Shown here: positions 9,239-18,255 of the stretch, piece after piece | Numbering within the stretch: the first letter of the stretch is position 1 | Layout of the letters: every line of letters begins with the position of its first letter | NCBI GenBank assembly: GCA_963528875.1 | Contig: CAURWT010000002.1 | Location: forward strand, 150,001 to 182,000 | From: an uncultured Candidatus Saccharimonas sp. | GTDB taxonomy: Bacteria > Patescibacteriota > Saccharimonadia > Saccharimonadales > Saccharimonadaceae | Length of the DNA stretch: 32,000 bases | Reading direction: 5' to 3' | The notes under the pieces: model-generated | What the model was told of the DNA's origin: nothing | Database searches by the model: none | What the model saw: only the letters and a program-made list of their open reading frames with translations | Program-made: the position numbers and the translations under genes

Positions 9239-9267
9239 ATTATATCAAAGTTTTAATTTCAAGTCAA
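9239..9267 (-). promoter_or_regulatory. greA promoter: TTGACT (9262-9267), 17 nt, TATAAT (9239-9244), with a 30-nt 5' UTR carrying SD AGAGGA
   Basis: Consensus hexamers with a 17-nt spacer on the minus strand. Confidence 0.7.
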
Positions 9268-9269
9268 CG

Positions 9270-10076
9270 CTAAGCTTGAAAGAATTGAATAGTTTGCAAA
9301 ACATAAAGCAGAAAGAAAGCAATCCCATTTTTAATCATATGAATTACAATCCCCGACCAAATTGTTTGCGTCCATTTTTCGCGAATAAAACACATCACAA
9401 CGCTCATCACAAATACCGTTACGCCAACATTCATTTGAAAATGTACAAATCCAAAAAGTAAACTCGTTATAAAAATTGCAAGTGGAACATTCACTTTTCG
9501 AAGTTGGCCATAAATTATTCCGCGAAAAATCAATTCTTCAAAAAACGGTGCAATAATAACAATTGAAATAAAAGCTAGCAAAAATTGCCAAGAATGAATC
9601 ATTCCGCTGCGTTGAAAAACTAAATCTTGAACTTGCAATTTATCAAAATGAAGAATATTCGGCAAAAACTCTAACAAAACGCCAGAAACAATCATCGAGG
9701 CTATAAAACCTAAAATTGCCAGACCTAAATCTTGCCAAGTAATTACACCCTTTAAAGCGATATCGTCTTTCGAAATCTTCTGCTTGAAAAGTTTGGTCGG
9801 GATGAAATATACTATCGCAAGCATTAATCCAAGAAACAACGCTGAATAAATTGTAGTAGTAATCGTGTTCGAAGCCGCATTTCGATAGCCCGCATCATTA
9901 TTCCAAAAAATCAAAGTGAGCGAAAGTCTAATTATTACAGCTGCAAAATAACTTGCTGCAAAATATGACAAAATTGGAAAAATTATCCAAAAAATAATTT
10001 TTAAAGGTTTTTTCGAAAGCATTTCTTCATTCTTTTTTTGAAGTTTTAAAAATATATTTTTAAATCTATTCTTCAT
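9270..10076 (-). CDS. CPBP-family intramembrane glutamic endopeptidase (CAAX protease/Abi-like)
   Basis: Multi-TM protein with CPBP motifs FFEELIFRG, FGFVH and HMIKN. Its ATG lies 2 nt after the rseP stop (TAA-aa-ATG). Confidence 0.8.
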   Translation of the reverse strand: MKNRFKNIFLKLQKKNEEMLSKKPLKIIFWIIFPILSYFAASYFAAVIIRLSLTLIFWNNDAGYRNAASNTITTTIYSALFLGLMLAIVYFIPTKLFKQKISKDDIALKGVITWQDLGLAILGFIASMIVSGVLLEFLPNILHFDKLQVQDLVFQRSGMIHSWQFLLAFISIVIIAPFFEELIFRGIIYGQLRKVNVPLAIFITSLLFGFVHFQMNVGVTVFVMSVVMCFIREKWTQTIWSGIVIHMIKNGIAFFLLYVLQTIQFFQA

Positions 10077-10078
10077 TT

Positions 10079-11257
10079 TTAACCTCTAAAAATCTTTGTA
10101 AAATCTAGAAAAATAATCAAAAGCGAAAGACCCATTAAAAACATAAAACTCCAGCCGTTGATATTTTCTTCATTCTCTTTTGAGAGTGGCTTTTTGAGCA
10201 AAATTCGAAAAATGAAAGTCATTAACCAACGACCGCCGTCAAGTGCAGGAATTGGCAAAACATTCATACACGCCAAACTAATTGAAATAATTGCAGTCAA
10301 CATTAAAATCATATCAGGCCCCATTGAGATGATGTTTGGGAAGATTCCACCAATCACTAGAATTGGCCCAGAAACACTTTCACCTGCTTTCGAAAGTTGA
10401 GAATTTGCTTTCTGCTGTGATTGCGGATTCGGAATTATCTTTTCGAAAACCCCGCCAAAAAAGTTCATAAAAAGTTCGCCAACACCTTTAAAAGTTTCAC
10501 CCGTAAATTGAATTGTTGTGCCAAGCCCAACAATCGGTGCACTCCAAGTTGCATGAATTTTCTGCATTCCATCAGTCAAAAATGCGCCCAAAAAACCATT
10601 CTTATTATTTTTGTTTAATTTAATATCTTTTGAAAAAAATTGATTACCACGCTGAATTTTTAAATTCACGCTTTTGCCAGCATTACTACGTAAATCTTCT
10701 TTAACGGTGGCTGAATTATCAACTTTTTTACCATTAAATTCCAAAATTATGTCTTTTTTTTGCAAACCAGCTTTTTGTGCAGGCGAATCATTCGAAATCT
10801 GCGAAACTTGCACGCCACCACCAGAAATTCGAGCATCAGAACTCAAATAAAACTGATTCGAAATTAACTTTGGCATTCCAAAAATCGACAGGATCGTAAA
10901 AATAACAAAAGCAACTAGCCAATTCATTGCAACACCAGCAAATAAAATTTGAGTTTTTGCCCAAAAACTTGCCGCACCATAATCACCTTTTTTAGAATCT
11001 GAATCGTGCTCCCCTTTCAACCGAACAAAACCGCCCAGTGGAATCGCACCGATTGAAATTTTTGTGCTTTTTGGTAGAATTTTGTTAGTTTTTGCTCTAA
11101 AACTTTTAATTCTTGGCGGAAAACCTATTGCGTATTCTTTAAGTTTTACACCATTTTTCTTAGCCGCAAGCGCGTGACCAAGTTCATGTATTGCAACCAA
11201 AAAAGTTAGCGAAATTAGACCAATAATTATACCAAAAATTAAATTCAAAATCTCCAT
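10079..11257 (-). CDS. rseP: Site-2 protease RseP (M50 zinc metalloprotease with PDZ domain)
   Basis: HELGHAL (HExxH) in TM1, a central PDZ-like segment, and NVLPIPALDGG near the C-terminus. SD GAAAGGG. Confidence 0.85.
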   Translation of the reverse strand: MEILNLIFGIIIGLISLTFLVAIHELGHALAAKKNGVKLKEYAIGFPPRIKSFRAKTNKILPKSTKISIGAIPLGGFVRLKGEHDSDSKKGDYGAASFWAKTQILFAGVAMNWLVAFVIFTILSIFGMPKLISNQFYLSSDARISGGGVQVSQISNDSPAQKAGLQKKDIILEFNGKKVDNSATVKEDLRSNAGKSVNLKIQRGNQFFSKDIKLNKNNKNGFLGAFLTDGMQKIHATWSAPIVGLGTTIQFTGETFKGVGELFMNFFGGVFEKIIPNPQSQQKANSQLSKAGESVSGPILVIGGIFPNIISMGPDMILMLTAIISISLACMNVLPIPALDGGRWLMTFIFRILLKKPLSKENEENINGWSFMFLMGLSLLIIFLDFTKIFRG

Positions 11258-11324
11258 TCTACCCTTTCGAAATTCCTTAAATTACCTTTTGCCGGCACAA
11301 CTTTATGTGCTAGCAAAAAACAAT

Positions 11325-11879
11325 TTAAATTGTGAGAATTTCTTTCTCTTTTTCTTTAAAAATTGTATCAATTTGTGTGCTAAAATCTTTGATTTCAGCA
11401 TCAATTTCTTTTTCAATTCTCTTTAAATCATCTTCAGTTAAAGCTTTTTCATCTTTAAGTTTCTTGGCGTGCTTTAAAGCATCTTGGCGAATATTTCGAA
11501 GTGTAATTTTTGCGCCTTCAACTTTTTCTGAAGTTTGTTTTACGATTTGCTTACGGCGTTCCTCTGTTAGCGGTGGAACTGGCACTCGAATAACGCGGCC
11601 GTCATCACTTGGGTTGAATCCAAGGCTTTGATCGTTGCGAATTGCAGCCGAAATTGCTGAAATATTATTCGCATCAAATGGCGTAATTAAAATCATCCCT
11701 GCTTCTGGTGCGGTCATATTCGAAACTTGATTTAATGGCATTTTTGTGCCATAAACTTCAACCATAACACTATCAAGCATTGAAGGATGTGCTCGACCCG
11801 TTCGAACCTTCTTCATTTCACCCTTAAAATGCTCAACGGCTTCAGTCATTTTTAATTTAAATTCATCTGTATCAAACAT
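11325..11879 (-). CDS. frr: Ribosome recycling factor
   Basis: 184 aa, collinear with Frr (RTGRAHPSMLD, LGFNPSDDG..IRVPVPPLTEERR). Confidence 0.92.
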   Translation of the reverse strand: MFDTDEFKLKMTEAVEHFKGEMKKVRTGRAHPSMLDSVMVEVYGTKMPLNQVSNMTAPEAGMILITPFDANNISAISAAIRNDQSLGFNPSDDGRVIRVPVPPLTEERRKQIVKQTSEKVEGAKITLRNIRQDALKHAKKLKDEKALTEDDLKRIEKEIDAEIKDFSTQIDTIFKEKEKEILTI

Positions 11880-11885
11880 AGCCCT

Positions 11886-11915
11886 ATTATATCACACATT
11901 ACCATTGTTATTCAA
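11886..11915 (-). promoter_or_regulatory. frr promoter: TTGAAT (11910-11915), 18 nt, TGaTATAAT (11886-11894). The -10 ends 6 nt before the ATG. It lies back-to-back with the promoter of ORF 11997.
   Basis: Reverse complement reads TGATATAAT-agggct-ATG, with no SD. Confidence 0.65.
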
Positions 11916-11916
11916 A

Positions 11917-11945
11917 TTGACTTTTAAGAGTTTTTATGCTATAAT
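11917..11945 (+). promoter_or_regulatory. Promoter of orphan ORF 11997-12347: TTGACT, 17 nt, TATAAT
   Basis: TTGACT at 11917-11922 and TATAAT at 11940-11945. The 5' UTR holds a small hairpin TAGCTTT-ttag-AAAGCTA and SD AGGAGG (11982-11987). Confidence 0.75.
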
Positions 11946-11996
11946 AATGGTTATAGCTTTTTAGAAAGCTAAAAAATAAAAAGGAGGTACCAATAG

Positions 11997-12347
11997 ATGG
12001 TACTAGTATCGGTCGCCTTAACCGAATCAACGCTTATCAACACTAATCTGCAACTTGATAGTTTTATCCTACCGTACAATCCAACAACTGAAGAATCTGT
12101 TCGAATAAGTATTCGAAAGTTCCTCAAAAAGCTAAACGAGGGAGACAAGCTTCTCGTTTTCGCTGATAAGCGATACGATAAGCTTAAATACTTGACCGTA
12201 TTAAAAGAAGAATGTGATAAAGCAGGAATTAAACTAAACATTTCGCTTTATCGTAAGGACAAAAACCGTCATAGTGAATACTATAAAAAATGGTATTTCC
12301 GAGAAATGGATATAAACAACCTATATAAAGAGTATATGCAGGCTTGA
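11997..12347 (+). CDS. Hypothetical protein (116 aa), orphan, own transcription unit
   Basis: Consensus promoter, AGGAGG 9 nt upstream of the ATG, and a terminator 20 nt after the TGA. No recognisable motif, signal peptide or TM. Confidence 0.7.
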   Translation: MVLVSVALTESTLINTNLQLDSFILPYNPTTEESVRISIRKFLKKLNEGDKLLVFADKRYDKLKYLTVLKEECDKAGIKLNISLYRKDKNRHSEYYKKWYFREMDINNLYKEYMQA

Positions 12348-12365
12348 TAGGCAGTACATTTAATT

Positions 12366-12391
12366 CCCCCGCAACAAACTGCGGGGTTTTT
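12366..12391 (+). terminator. Intrinsic terminator of ORF 11997-12347
   Basis: CCCCGC-aacaaact-GCGGGG followed by TTTTT. The next -35 (TTGATT) starts 1 nt after the T-run. Confidence 0.85.
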
Positions 12392-12392
12392 C

Positions 12393-12421
12393 TTGATTAA
12401 AAATATAAAAAATGTTAAAAT
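12393..12421 (+). promoter_or_regulatory. Promoter of orphan ORF 12449-12814: TTGATT, 17 nt, TGtTAAAAT
   Basis: TTGATT at 12393-12398, TAAAAT at 12416-12421 with an extended-10 TG, and SD GGAGG at 12437-12441. Confidence 0.7.
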
Positions 12422-12448
12422 ATTAAAAATAAAAATGGAGGTGGTTTT

Positions 12449-12814
12449 ATGATAGACCAAGAACTTTTAAGTACAGATCGGACAGATTTAATCGACGAAT
12501 TTGGTGTAATCCAGATCAACCTTTCGAATAGAGGTTTTCGAAATCAGGATTTGTGCTACATTTTTCATAAAGATGCACGATTTAGCTATGACCAAAATTG
12601 CAGAATTCTCTCAGATTCACTACTTAGAGCGAGCAAATTATCCCAGCAAAAAATTCGCGACATTGAATGCTATGTCAGTTTTAAAGACCCGAAAAGTCAG
12701 CGTGAAATTTTGTTAAGTTTTTGCAAGGAATATAGAATAAATCTCCTGCTCCACACAGCGCAAGGTGATTCTCGCGGAACTTATGAAACGCAAGTTTTAA
12801 ACTTTTCAATTTAA
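12449..12814 (+). CDS. Hypothetical protein (121 aa), orphan, own transcription unit
   Basis: Promoter, GGAGGTG SD and a downstream bidirectional terminator. No recognisable motif. Confidence 0.7.
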   Translation: MIDQELLSTDRTDLIDEFGVIQINLSNRGFRNQDLCYIFHKDARFSYDQNCRILSDSLLRASKLSQQKIRDIECYVSFKDPKSQREILLSFCKEYRINLLLHTAQGDSRGTYETQVLNFSI

Positions 12815-12818
12815 CCTT

Positions 12819-12843
12819 AAATCTCGCAAAGTGCGAGATTTTA
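12819..12843. terminator. Bidirectional terminator shared by ORF 12449-12814 (+) and xseB (-)
   Basis: AAATCTCGC-aaagt-GCGAGATTT, a 9-bp stem flanked by A/T runs. Confidence 0.8.
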
Positions 12844-13038
12844 TTCTTCTTGTGCAAAATTTTTACTCAAAATTTGAATTTCATTTTTAAGTGAATCAAG
12901 CTCTTCCTCGAGTTTTTCGGCTTTCGAAATCGCTTCTTTATATTTTTCAAAAACCTCTTCAAGAGGAATTTCACCACTTTCAATTTTTATTAGAATCTCA
13001 TCAATTTCAGCCATTTTTTTACTAATTTCGTTTGACAT
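12841..13038 (-). CDS. xseB: Exodeoxyribonuclease VII small subunit
   Basis: 65-aa helical protein (EIDEILIKIESGEIPLEEVFEKYKEAISK). It overlaps the xseA 3' end by 17 nt. Confidence 0.8.
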   Translation of the reverse strand: MSNEISKKMAEIDEILIKIESGEIPLEEVFEKYKEAISKAEKLEEELDSLKNEIQILSKNFAQEE

Positions 13039-14167
13039 TTTTTACCTCCGCCGTTATTTTTTTATCAATTGTTTGAATCGTAATTTCCTCACCAGCCGCC
13101 AATTTTCCACTTACTAAAGCATAGCCTTTTGAAAGTATGTTTTGTGGATTGTAGCTTTCTAAAATTCGCTTTTTGGCTTGAAGTTCTCTTTGCTGTTCAA
13201 AAATATTATTTAAAATTAAATCTTTCATTTCATAAATCTTTTGATGGTTTTCAATTTTCAATTCATTAATCTTCGAAATAATAAAATCGTTTGTGTGCAA
13301 AATTTTTGAACATAAAAATCTCATTTCGTCAAATTTATTCGGTGTTAAAAATTGCGCAACATTACTTGGTGTTGAAGCCGCAAAATCTGCCGCTAAATCA
13401 CACAGACTTTCATCAATTTCGTGGCCAATTCCTGTAATAACTGGCACCCGAGAAGCAGAGATCGCACGAACTAATTTTTCGTCATTAAAAACCGCTAAAT
13501 CATCAGTACTTCCACCACCACGAATAATAGCAATCACATCTGGCAATTCACTTTGCGAATTGAAAAAATCAATTGCTCGAATAATCTGGTCGCTCGCAGA
13601 AATTCCCTGCACCTGCGTATGTGCAGCAGTAATTTCTAACCCACCCCAACGCTCGTTAATAATCTTAATAAAGTCAGCATAGCCCGCTGCCTGAACGCTC
13701 GAAATAACAGCAATTTTTTGAGGATTTCGTGGAATTTCACGCTTCCGGCTTTCATCAAATAAGCCCTCTTTTGTTAACTTTTCCTTTAAAATTTCGAAAG
13801 ATTTTTTGAGACTTCCTTCACCTTTTGGTATGATTTTCTCAATTGTTAGGCTGAATTTTCCCCAATTTGTAAGTTTTGGCTTTGCTTGCACAACAACTTT
13901 CATTCCATCTTCGAGAGGAAATCGCATTTGCCAAACCGTCATAAAACAGCCAAGAACTGAGTCTTCATCTTTCAAATCAAAAAAAACGAACTTGTTGTGA
14001 TTTACCTTAAAGCTTGAAATTTCACCTTCAATCAGAACACTCGGAAAACTCTTTTCGAAAATATCATTGCTGGTTGCAATAAAATCTGAGACGCTATAAA
14101 TCACCTCGTGTGGTTGAGGTTTTTTTATTTCAAAATTTAACAACTCTTCGAATTCATCAAAATCCAT
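13022..14167 (-). CDS. xseA: Exodeoxyribonuclease VII large subunit
   Basis: N-terminal OB-fold (YSVSDF..VLIEGEISSFKV..KFVFFDLKDEDSVL), a catalytic core (IAVISSVQAAGYADF, IIRGGGS, ITGIGHEID) and a C-terminal coiled coil. Confidence 0.88.
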   Translation of the reverse strand: MDFDEFEELLNFEIKKPQPHEVIYSVSDFIATSNDIFEKSFPSVLIEGEISSFKVNHNKFVFFDLKDEDSVLGCFMTVWQMRFPLEDGMKVVVQAKPKLTNWGKFSLTIEKIIPKGEGSLKKSFEILKEKLTKEGLFDESRKREIPRNPQKIAVISSVQAAGYADFIKIINERWGGLEITAAHTQVQGISASDQIIRAIDFFNSQSELPDVIAIIRGGGSTDDLAVFNDEKLVRAISASRVPVITGIGHEIDESLCDLAADFAASTPSNVAQFLTPNKFDEMRFLCSKILHTNDFIISKINELKIENHQKIYEMKDLILNNIFEQQRELQAKKRILESYNPQNILSKGYALVSGKLAAGEEITIQTIDKKITAEVKNVKRN

Positions 14168-14175
14168 ATAAAACC

Positions 14176-14184
14176 ATTATAGCA
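14176..14184 (-). promoter_or_regulatory. xseA extended -10 (TGcTATAAT), ending 8 nt before the ATG
   Basis: Reverse complement of 14168-14184 reads TGCTATAAT-ggttttat-ATG. There is no SD and the -35 is weak. Confidence 0.55.
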
Positions 14185-14195
14185 CATTTTAAGCA

Positions 14196-14223
14196 TAAAA
14201 AATAACCGCCACAAAGCGATTAT
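14196..14223 (-). terminator. Intrinsic terminator downstream of the M16 peptidase gene
   Basis: Minus-strand stem ATAATCGC/GCGGTTAT (one G-U) followed by TTTTTT. It overlaps the stop codon. Confidence 0.6.
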
Positions 14224-15509
14224 TTTTCGAATATTTTAGAAAATTCCTGGTTCAACTCTTGAATTTGTGATTTTTCACCGCCAGAAACTGCACCCAAAAT
14301 CCAAGTATTTGCGTCTATAAATTCTTTCGCAACTTTAAAAATTTGCTCACGAGAAATCTGCTTAATAAATTTTGGCTGAGATTTATAATCTCGAAGATGT
14401 CCATCCCAAAAATATCGAGAAGCATAAAATCCTGCCGTTGAAGCTACTGTTTGCCCACCCATTTGAAACGAACCAAGAGAATAGCTCTTCATAGCATCAA
14501 GCTCTTCTTCGGTAATTTCTTCATTTAAAACCTTTTTGAGCTCTGAAACAATTAATTCAAAAAGCTCTTTAGCGGTTCCATAATTAGTTTGCCCTTCAAA
14601 ATCCCAAGAAGAGTCTTTTGGGCCACGTGAAGCACCAGAATAAATACCATAAGTTAAACCGCGTTTGCGAGCTTGGCCAAGGATTCGAGCGTGCATTGTA
14701 CCAGTTAAAATATGGTTCAAAGCATGCATTGCATCCATTTCAGATGTTGTAAGTTTTCGTGGAAGCAAAAGCGAAATACCAAAACTTATGTTTTTCAAAT
14801 CTGGGCGATAAATAAAAATTGGCTCTTTCGGTTTTCTCATTTCATCAGTAATGATTTCGAAACGCTCACCTCTTTCAAGCGGTAAATTTTCAAAGCCTTC
14901 AAGAATTTTATTTTTGCGAGTTGGTGTGATTTTTCCGGCAATCACAAAACGCAGATTATCGGTTGTGTGCGTACGTTTATGATGCTCGCAAATATCTTCA
15001 AGAGTGATATTGTCAATCGTTTTAAGTCGCTCTTCATAAGTTAGAACTTTTTCACCAAATTCCTGCTGAATTTTTGGCCAAAGAAGACGCGCATTATTGT
15101 TCAAATAGCCTGTAAGTTCATTTCGAACGTTCCCCTTTTCAGCTTTAAACTCAAATTCATTAAATTTAGGCTGACTAATCGATAGGAGTTGAAGTTCAAA
15201 AATCCTATCCCACTCAAAATCAGCACAATCCGCCACATAGTTCATACTCATATCTGAGGTTGAAGCGTTGTGGTAAGCACCATTTTTAGTGAATTCAGCT
15301 TCAAATTCATGTTCACTGGCAAATTTTGCATTCGCACCAAAAGCCATATGTTCCATGATATGAGCAGTTTCATAAATTTTTGGGCTTTTCGTATAACGCG
15401 AACCAGCCCGAAATTGAAATTGAAAACTCATCACCGTTGCATCTGGAACATTTACAAGAAGGCCGCGTACGCCATTTTTTAGGCGTACTTCTTCAACGGT
15501 GTGCCGCAT
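14220..15509 (-). CDS. M16 (pitrilysin-family) zinc peptidase
   Basis: 429 aa with the inverted zinc motif HIMEH (HxxEH) near the N-terminus and a two-domain M16 length. Its ATG directly follows the secA TAA stop. Confidence 0.8.
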   Translation of the reverse strand: MRHTVEEVRLKNGVRGLLVNVPDATVMSFQFQFRAGSRYTKSPKIYETAHIMEHMAFGANAKFASEHEFEAEFTKNGAYHNASTSDMSMNYVADCADFEWDRIFELQLLSISQPKFNEFEFKAEKGNVRNELTGYLNNNARLLWPKIQQEFGEKVLTYEERLKTIDNITLEDICEHHKRTHTTDNLRFVIAGKITPTRKNKILEGFENLPLERGERFEIITDEMRKPKEPIFIYRPDLKNISFGISLLLPRKLTTSEMDAMHALNHILTGTMHARILGQARKRGLTYGIYSGASRGPKDSSWDFEGQTNYGTAKELFELIVSELKKVLNEEITEEELDAMKSYSLGSFQMGGQTVASTAGFYASRYFWDGHLRDYKSQPKFIKQISREQIFKVAKEFIDANTWILGAVSGGEKSQIQELNQEFSKIFEK

Positions 15510-18170
15510 TTATTTACGACCCTTCCTCTTGTTTTGACGTTGAGCTTTTTTGGCTTTCCGTGCGTTATTTTTCTTGGCATTTTCACTATTTTTCGAAGAC
15601 GCTTTTTTAGCTTTCGAAAAGTCTTCATCTCGGTTTTTTTCACCAGATTGAATTTCATTAACACCTTTCTCGACTGAATTTTCAGCAAGGCGAGTAAGCT
15701 CGGTATCATGATCTTCTTCTTGACGAACGGCAGCATCATTAGGTGTAATTCTAGTCAAAATTCGAATAGTCTCATCACGCAAAGTATTTTGTAAACCATC
15801 AAACAATTTTTGCGACTCAGCACGATATTCAACCAATGGATCACGCTGTCCAACACTTCGCCAATGAATCCCTTCACGCAAGAAATTCATATTTTCAAGA
15901 TGGTTCATCCAAAGCGTATCAAGAATTTGCATATAAACTTCACGTTCAACTTTTTGGAACGCTTCTTTACCGATTTCATATTCTTTATCTTGGTAAAGTT
16001 CTTCGGCAATATGTTTTGCTAATTTGATACGTTTTTTATCGTTCGAAATTCGGCCAAGTGCTTCAACTTTTTCTTCTTCAATTGGGAAGATTTCAATAAA
16101 ATTCGAAACAAATTTTTCGTTATTTTTTGAAGGAAGTTCGGCGAGTTCTTCTGCTTTAGAAATAAACAAAGCCTTAATTTCATCTGTAATATCTTCACCT
16201 TCAAGAATTTTTCGGCGCATTGTGTAGACAACTTTTCGGTGACGGTTAATTACGTTGTCGTATTGAACAACATTTTTACGCGTATCGAAATTGAAGCCTT
16301 CAACACGTTTTTGAGCGTTTTCAAGAGTTTTCGAAACAGATTTATGCTGGATTGGCATATCTTCTGGCACGCCAAGCCTATCCATTAATATTGCGATTCG
16401 TTCACCTTGGAAAATTCGCATCAAATCATCTTCAGTTGAAACATAAAATTGCGTTTCACCAGGGTCGCCCTGACGGCCACCACGGCCACGGAACTGATTA
16501 TCAATTCGGCGAGATTCATGACGCTCTGAGCCGATCACTACCAAGCCACCAAGTTCTTTAACACCTTTACCAAGCTTAATGTCTGTTCCACGGCCGGCGA
16601 TATTCGTTGCAAGCGTAATTGCGCCTTTTTCACCAGCCTTAGCGACAATTGAAGCCTCGTGTTCGTTATTTTTAGCATTCAAAAGGTTATATTTAATTCC
16701 TTCTTGATCAAGATATTTCGCAATCTGTTCATTCTTTTCAATTGAACCTGAGCCAACCAAAACTGGGCGACCCTGTGCGTGATATTCTTTAATTGCTTCT
16801 GCAACGGCTTTAAGTTTTGCCTTTTCAGTTTTAAAGATCAAGTCTTCTTTATCATCACGAATAACTGGTTTATTCGAAGGAATTTGCACAACCTCCAAAG
16901 AGTAAATCTGTTGAAATTCTTCAGCTTCAGTAAAAGCAGTTCCGGTCATTCCTGAAAGCTTATTGTAAAGACGGAAGAAATTTTGGAACGAAATTGTCGC
17001 AAGTGTCATTGATTCTTGAAGAACTGGAACTTTTTCTTTCGCCTCAATTGCTTGGTGTAAACCTTCGTTATAGCGACGCCCATTCATTAAACGACCAGTA
17101 TGTTCATCGACAATAATCACTTCACCATCATTTGTTACAACGTAGTCTTTATCACGCTTGAAAAGAGTTTCAGCACGCAAAGCTTGCTCAACATGGTAAA
17201 CTGCACGCGAATGCTCTGGCGTGTAAAGATTCTTCATGTTGAGAAGTTTTTCTATTTTATCAATTCCAGACTCAGTCAATGCTACGCTTCGGCGTTTTTC
17301 ATCAACTTCATAGTCTTCTTTCGAAAGCTGAGAAATAACTTGTGCGAATTGAATATAGCTTTCTGGATTTTCGGCCGCAGGAGCAGAAATAATTAGTGGA
17401 GTTCGGGCTTCATCAATTAAGATAGAATCAACCTCATCGACAATTGCAAAATTAAGCTCACGCTGGCGTAAAAGTTCAACTTCATTTACCATGTTGTCAC
17501 GCAAATAATCGAAACCAAATTCATTATTTGTTCCATAAGTAATATCTGCCGCATATGCCTCTTTTCGAGTTGCTGGGCGAAGCTTTCGCATATTTTCGTC
17601 TTCATGCTCTTCATTGTCATAATCTGGATCAAAAATAAAGCTTGCTTCATTGATAATTACACCAACTGAAAGGCCAAGAAAATCATATAGATTCCCCATC
17701 CAAGATGCATCGCGCTGAGCAAGATAATCGTTCACGGTTACAACATGAACGCCTTTTCCTTCCATAGCGTTTAAAGAAACTGGCAAAGTTGCCACCAAAG
17801 TTTTACCTTCACCAGTTTTCATTTCTGCAACTTTTCCTTCATGTAAAACCATTCCACCAATTAATTGAACATCAAAATGGCGCATTCCAAGCACACGAGT
17901 TGAAGCTTCACGCACAAGTGCAAAAACATCTGGTAGAATATCATCCAAATCTTTTTTCGAAAGGCTTTTTTTGAGTTTTTCGAAAGTTTCTTTGAGCTTT
18001 TCGTCGCTCATTTTTTCATATTTTTCGCTCAAATCGTTGATTTCATCAACTTTTCGTTGCAGTCGGCGCAAAATCTTTTTTTGCGGGTCACCAAAAACAG
18101 TAGTTAAAAGTTTATCAACTTTATTTTCTTCTACCATTACATTTTTTTTCTTCGCAGTTTTTTTAGACAT
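15510..18170 (-). CDS. secA: Preprotein translocase ATPase SecA
   Basis: Walker A MKTGEGKT, DEVDSILIDEARTPLIIS, TNIAGRGTDIKLG, and a basic C-terminal tail. The start is placed at MSKKTAKKK because GGAGAGGG lies just upstream. The ORF itself is open to 18182. Confidence 0.93.
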   Translation of the reverse strand: MSKKTAKKKNVMVEENKVDKLLTTVFGDPQKKILRRLQRKVDEINDLSEKYEKMSDEKLKETFEKLKKSLSKKDLDDILPDVFALVREASTRVLGMRHFDVQLIGGMVLHEGKVAEMKTGEGKTLVATLPVSLNAMEGKGVHVVTVNDYLAQRDASWMGNLYDFLGLSVGVIINEASFIFDPDYDNEEHEDENMRKLRPATRKEAYAADITYGTNNEFGFDYLRDNMVNEVELLRQRELNFAIVDEVDSILIDEARTPLIISAPAAENPESYIQFAQVISQLSKEDYEVDEKRRSVALTESGIDKIEKLLNMKNLYTPEHSRAVYHVEQALRAETLFKRDKDYVVTNDGEVIIVDEHTGRLMNGRRYNEGLHQAIEAKEKVPVLQESMTLATISFQNFFRLYNKLSGMTGTAFTEAEEFQQIYSLEVVQIPSNKPVIRDDKEDLIFKTEKAKLKAVAEAIKEYHAQGRPVLVGSGSIEKNEQIAKYLDQEGIKYNLLNAKNNEHEASIVAKAGEKGAITLATNIAGRGTDIKLGKGVKELGGLVVIGSERHESRRIDNQFRGRGGRQGDPGETQFYVSTEDDLMRIFQGERIAILMDRLGVPEDMPIQHKSVSKTLENAQKRVEGFNFDTRKNVVQYDNVINRHRKVVYTMRRKILEGEDITDEIKALFISKAEELAELPSKNNEKFVSNFIEIFPIEEEKVEALGRISNDKKRIKLAKHIAEELYQDKEYEIGKEAFQKVEREVYMQILDTLWMNHLENMNFLREGIHWRSVGQRDPLVEYRAESQKLFDGLQNTLRDETIRILTRITPNDAAVRQEEDHDTELTRLAENSVEKGVNEIQSGEKNRDEDFSKAKKASSKNSENAKKNNARKAKKAQRQNKRKGRK

Positions 18171-18207
18171 TTCCCTCTCCATTAAAAACAGTATAAAATC
18201 TATTACA

Positions 18208-18227
18208 ATTTTACCATAATTTTAACA
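18208..18227 (-). promoter_or_regulatory. secA promoter region: two tandem extended -10 elements (TGgTAAAAT and TGtTAAAAT)
   Basis: The minus strand reads ..aaTGTTAAAATtaTGGTAAAATtg.., 38-50 nt upstream of the secA start. Confidence 0.45.
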
Positions 18228-18230
18228 TTA

Positions 18231-18255
18231 AAAAAAGCCCTTTAAGGGACTTTTT
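18231..18255 (-). terminator. Weak terminator downstream of ORF 18254-18688
   Basis: AAAAAG(t)CCC-ttaaa-GGGCTTTTTT on the minus strand. The stem is short and bulged but a T6 run follows. Confidence 0.4.

Noticed and set aside
11288-11320. Inverted repeat TTTGCCGGCACA / TGTGCTAGCAAA between frr and rseP as an frr terminator
   Set aside because: The stem has a mismatch plus a wobble pair. On the transcribed (minus) strand the T-run precedes rather than follows the hairpin, so this is not a canonical intrinsic terminator.
13293-13682. 129-aa plus-strand ORF antisense to xseA
   Set aside because: Shadow ORF. The minus frame carries conserved XseA motifs across this span.
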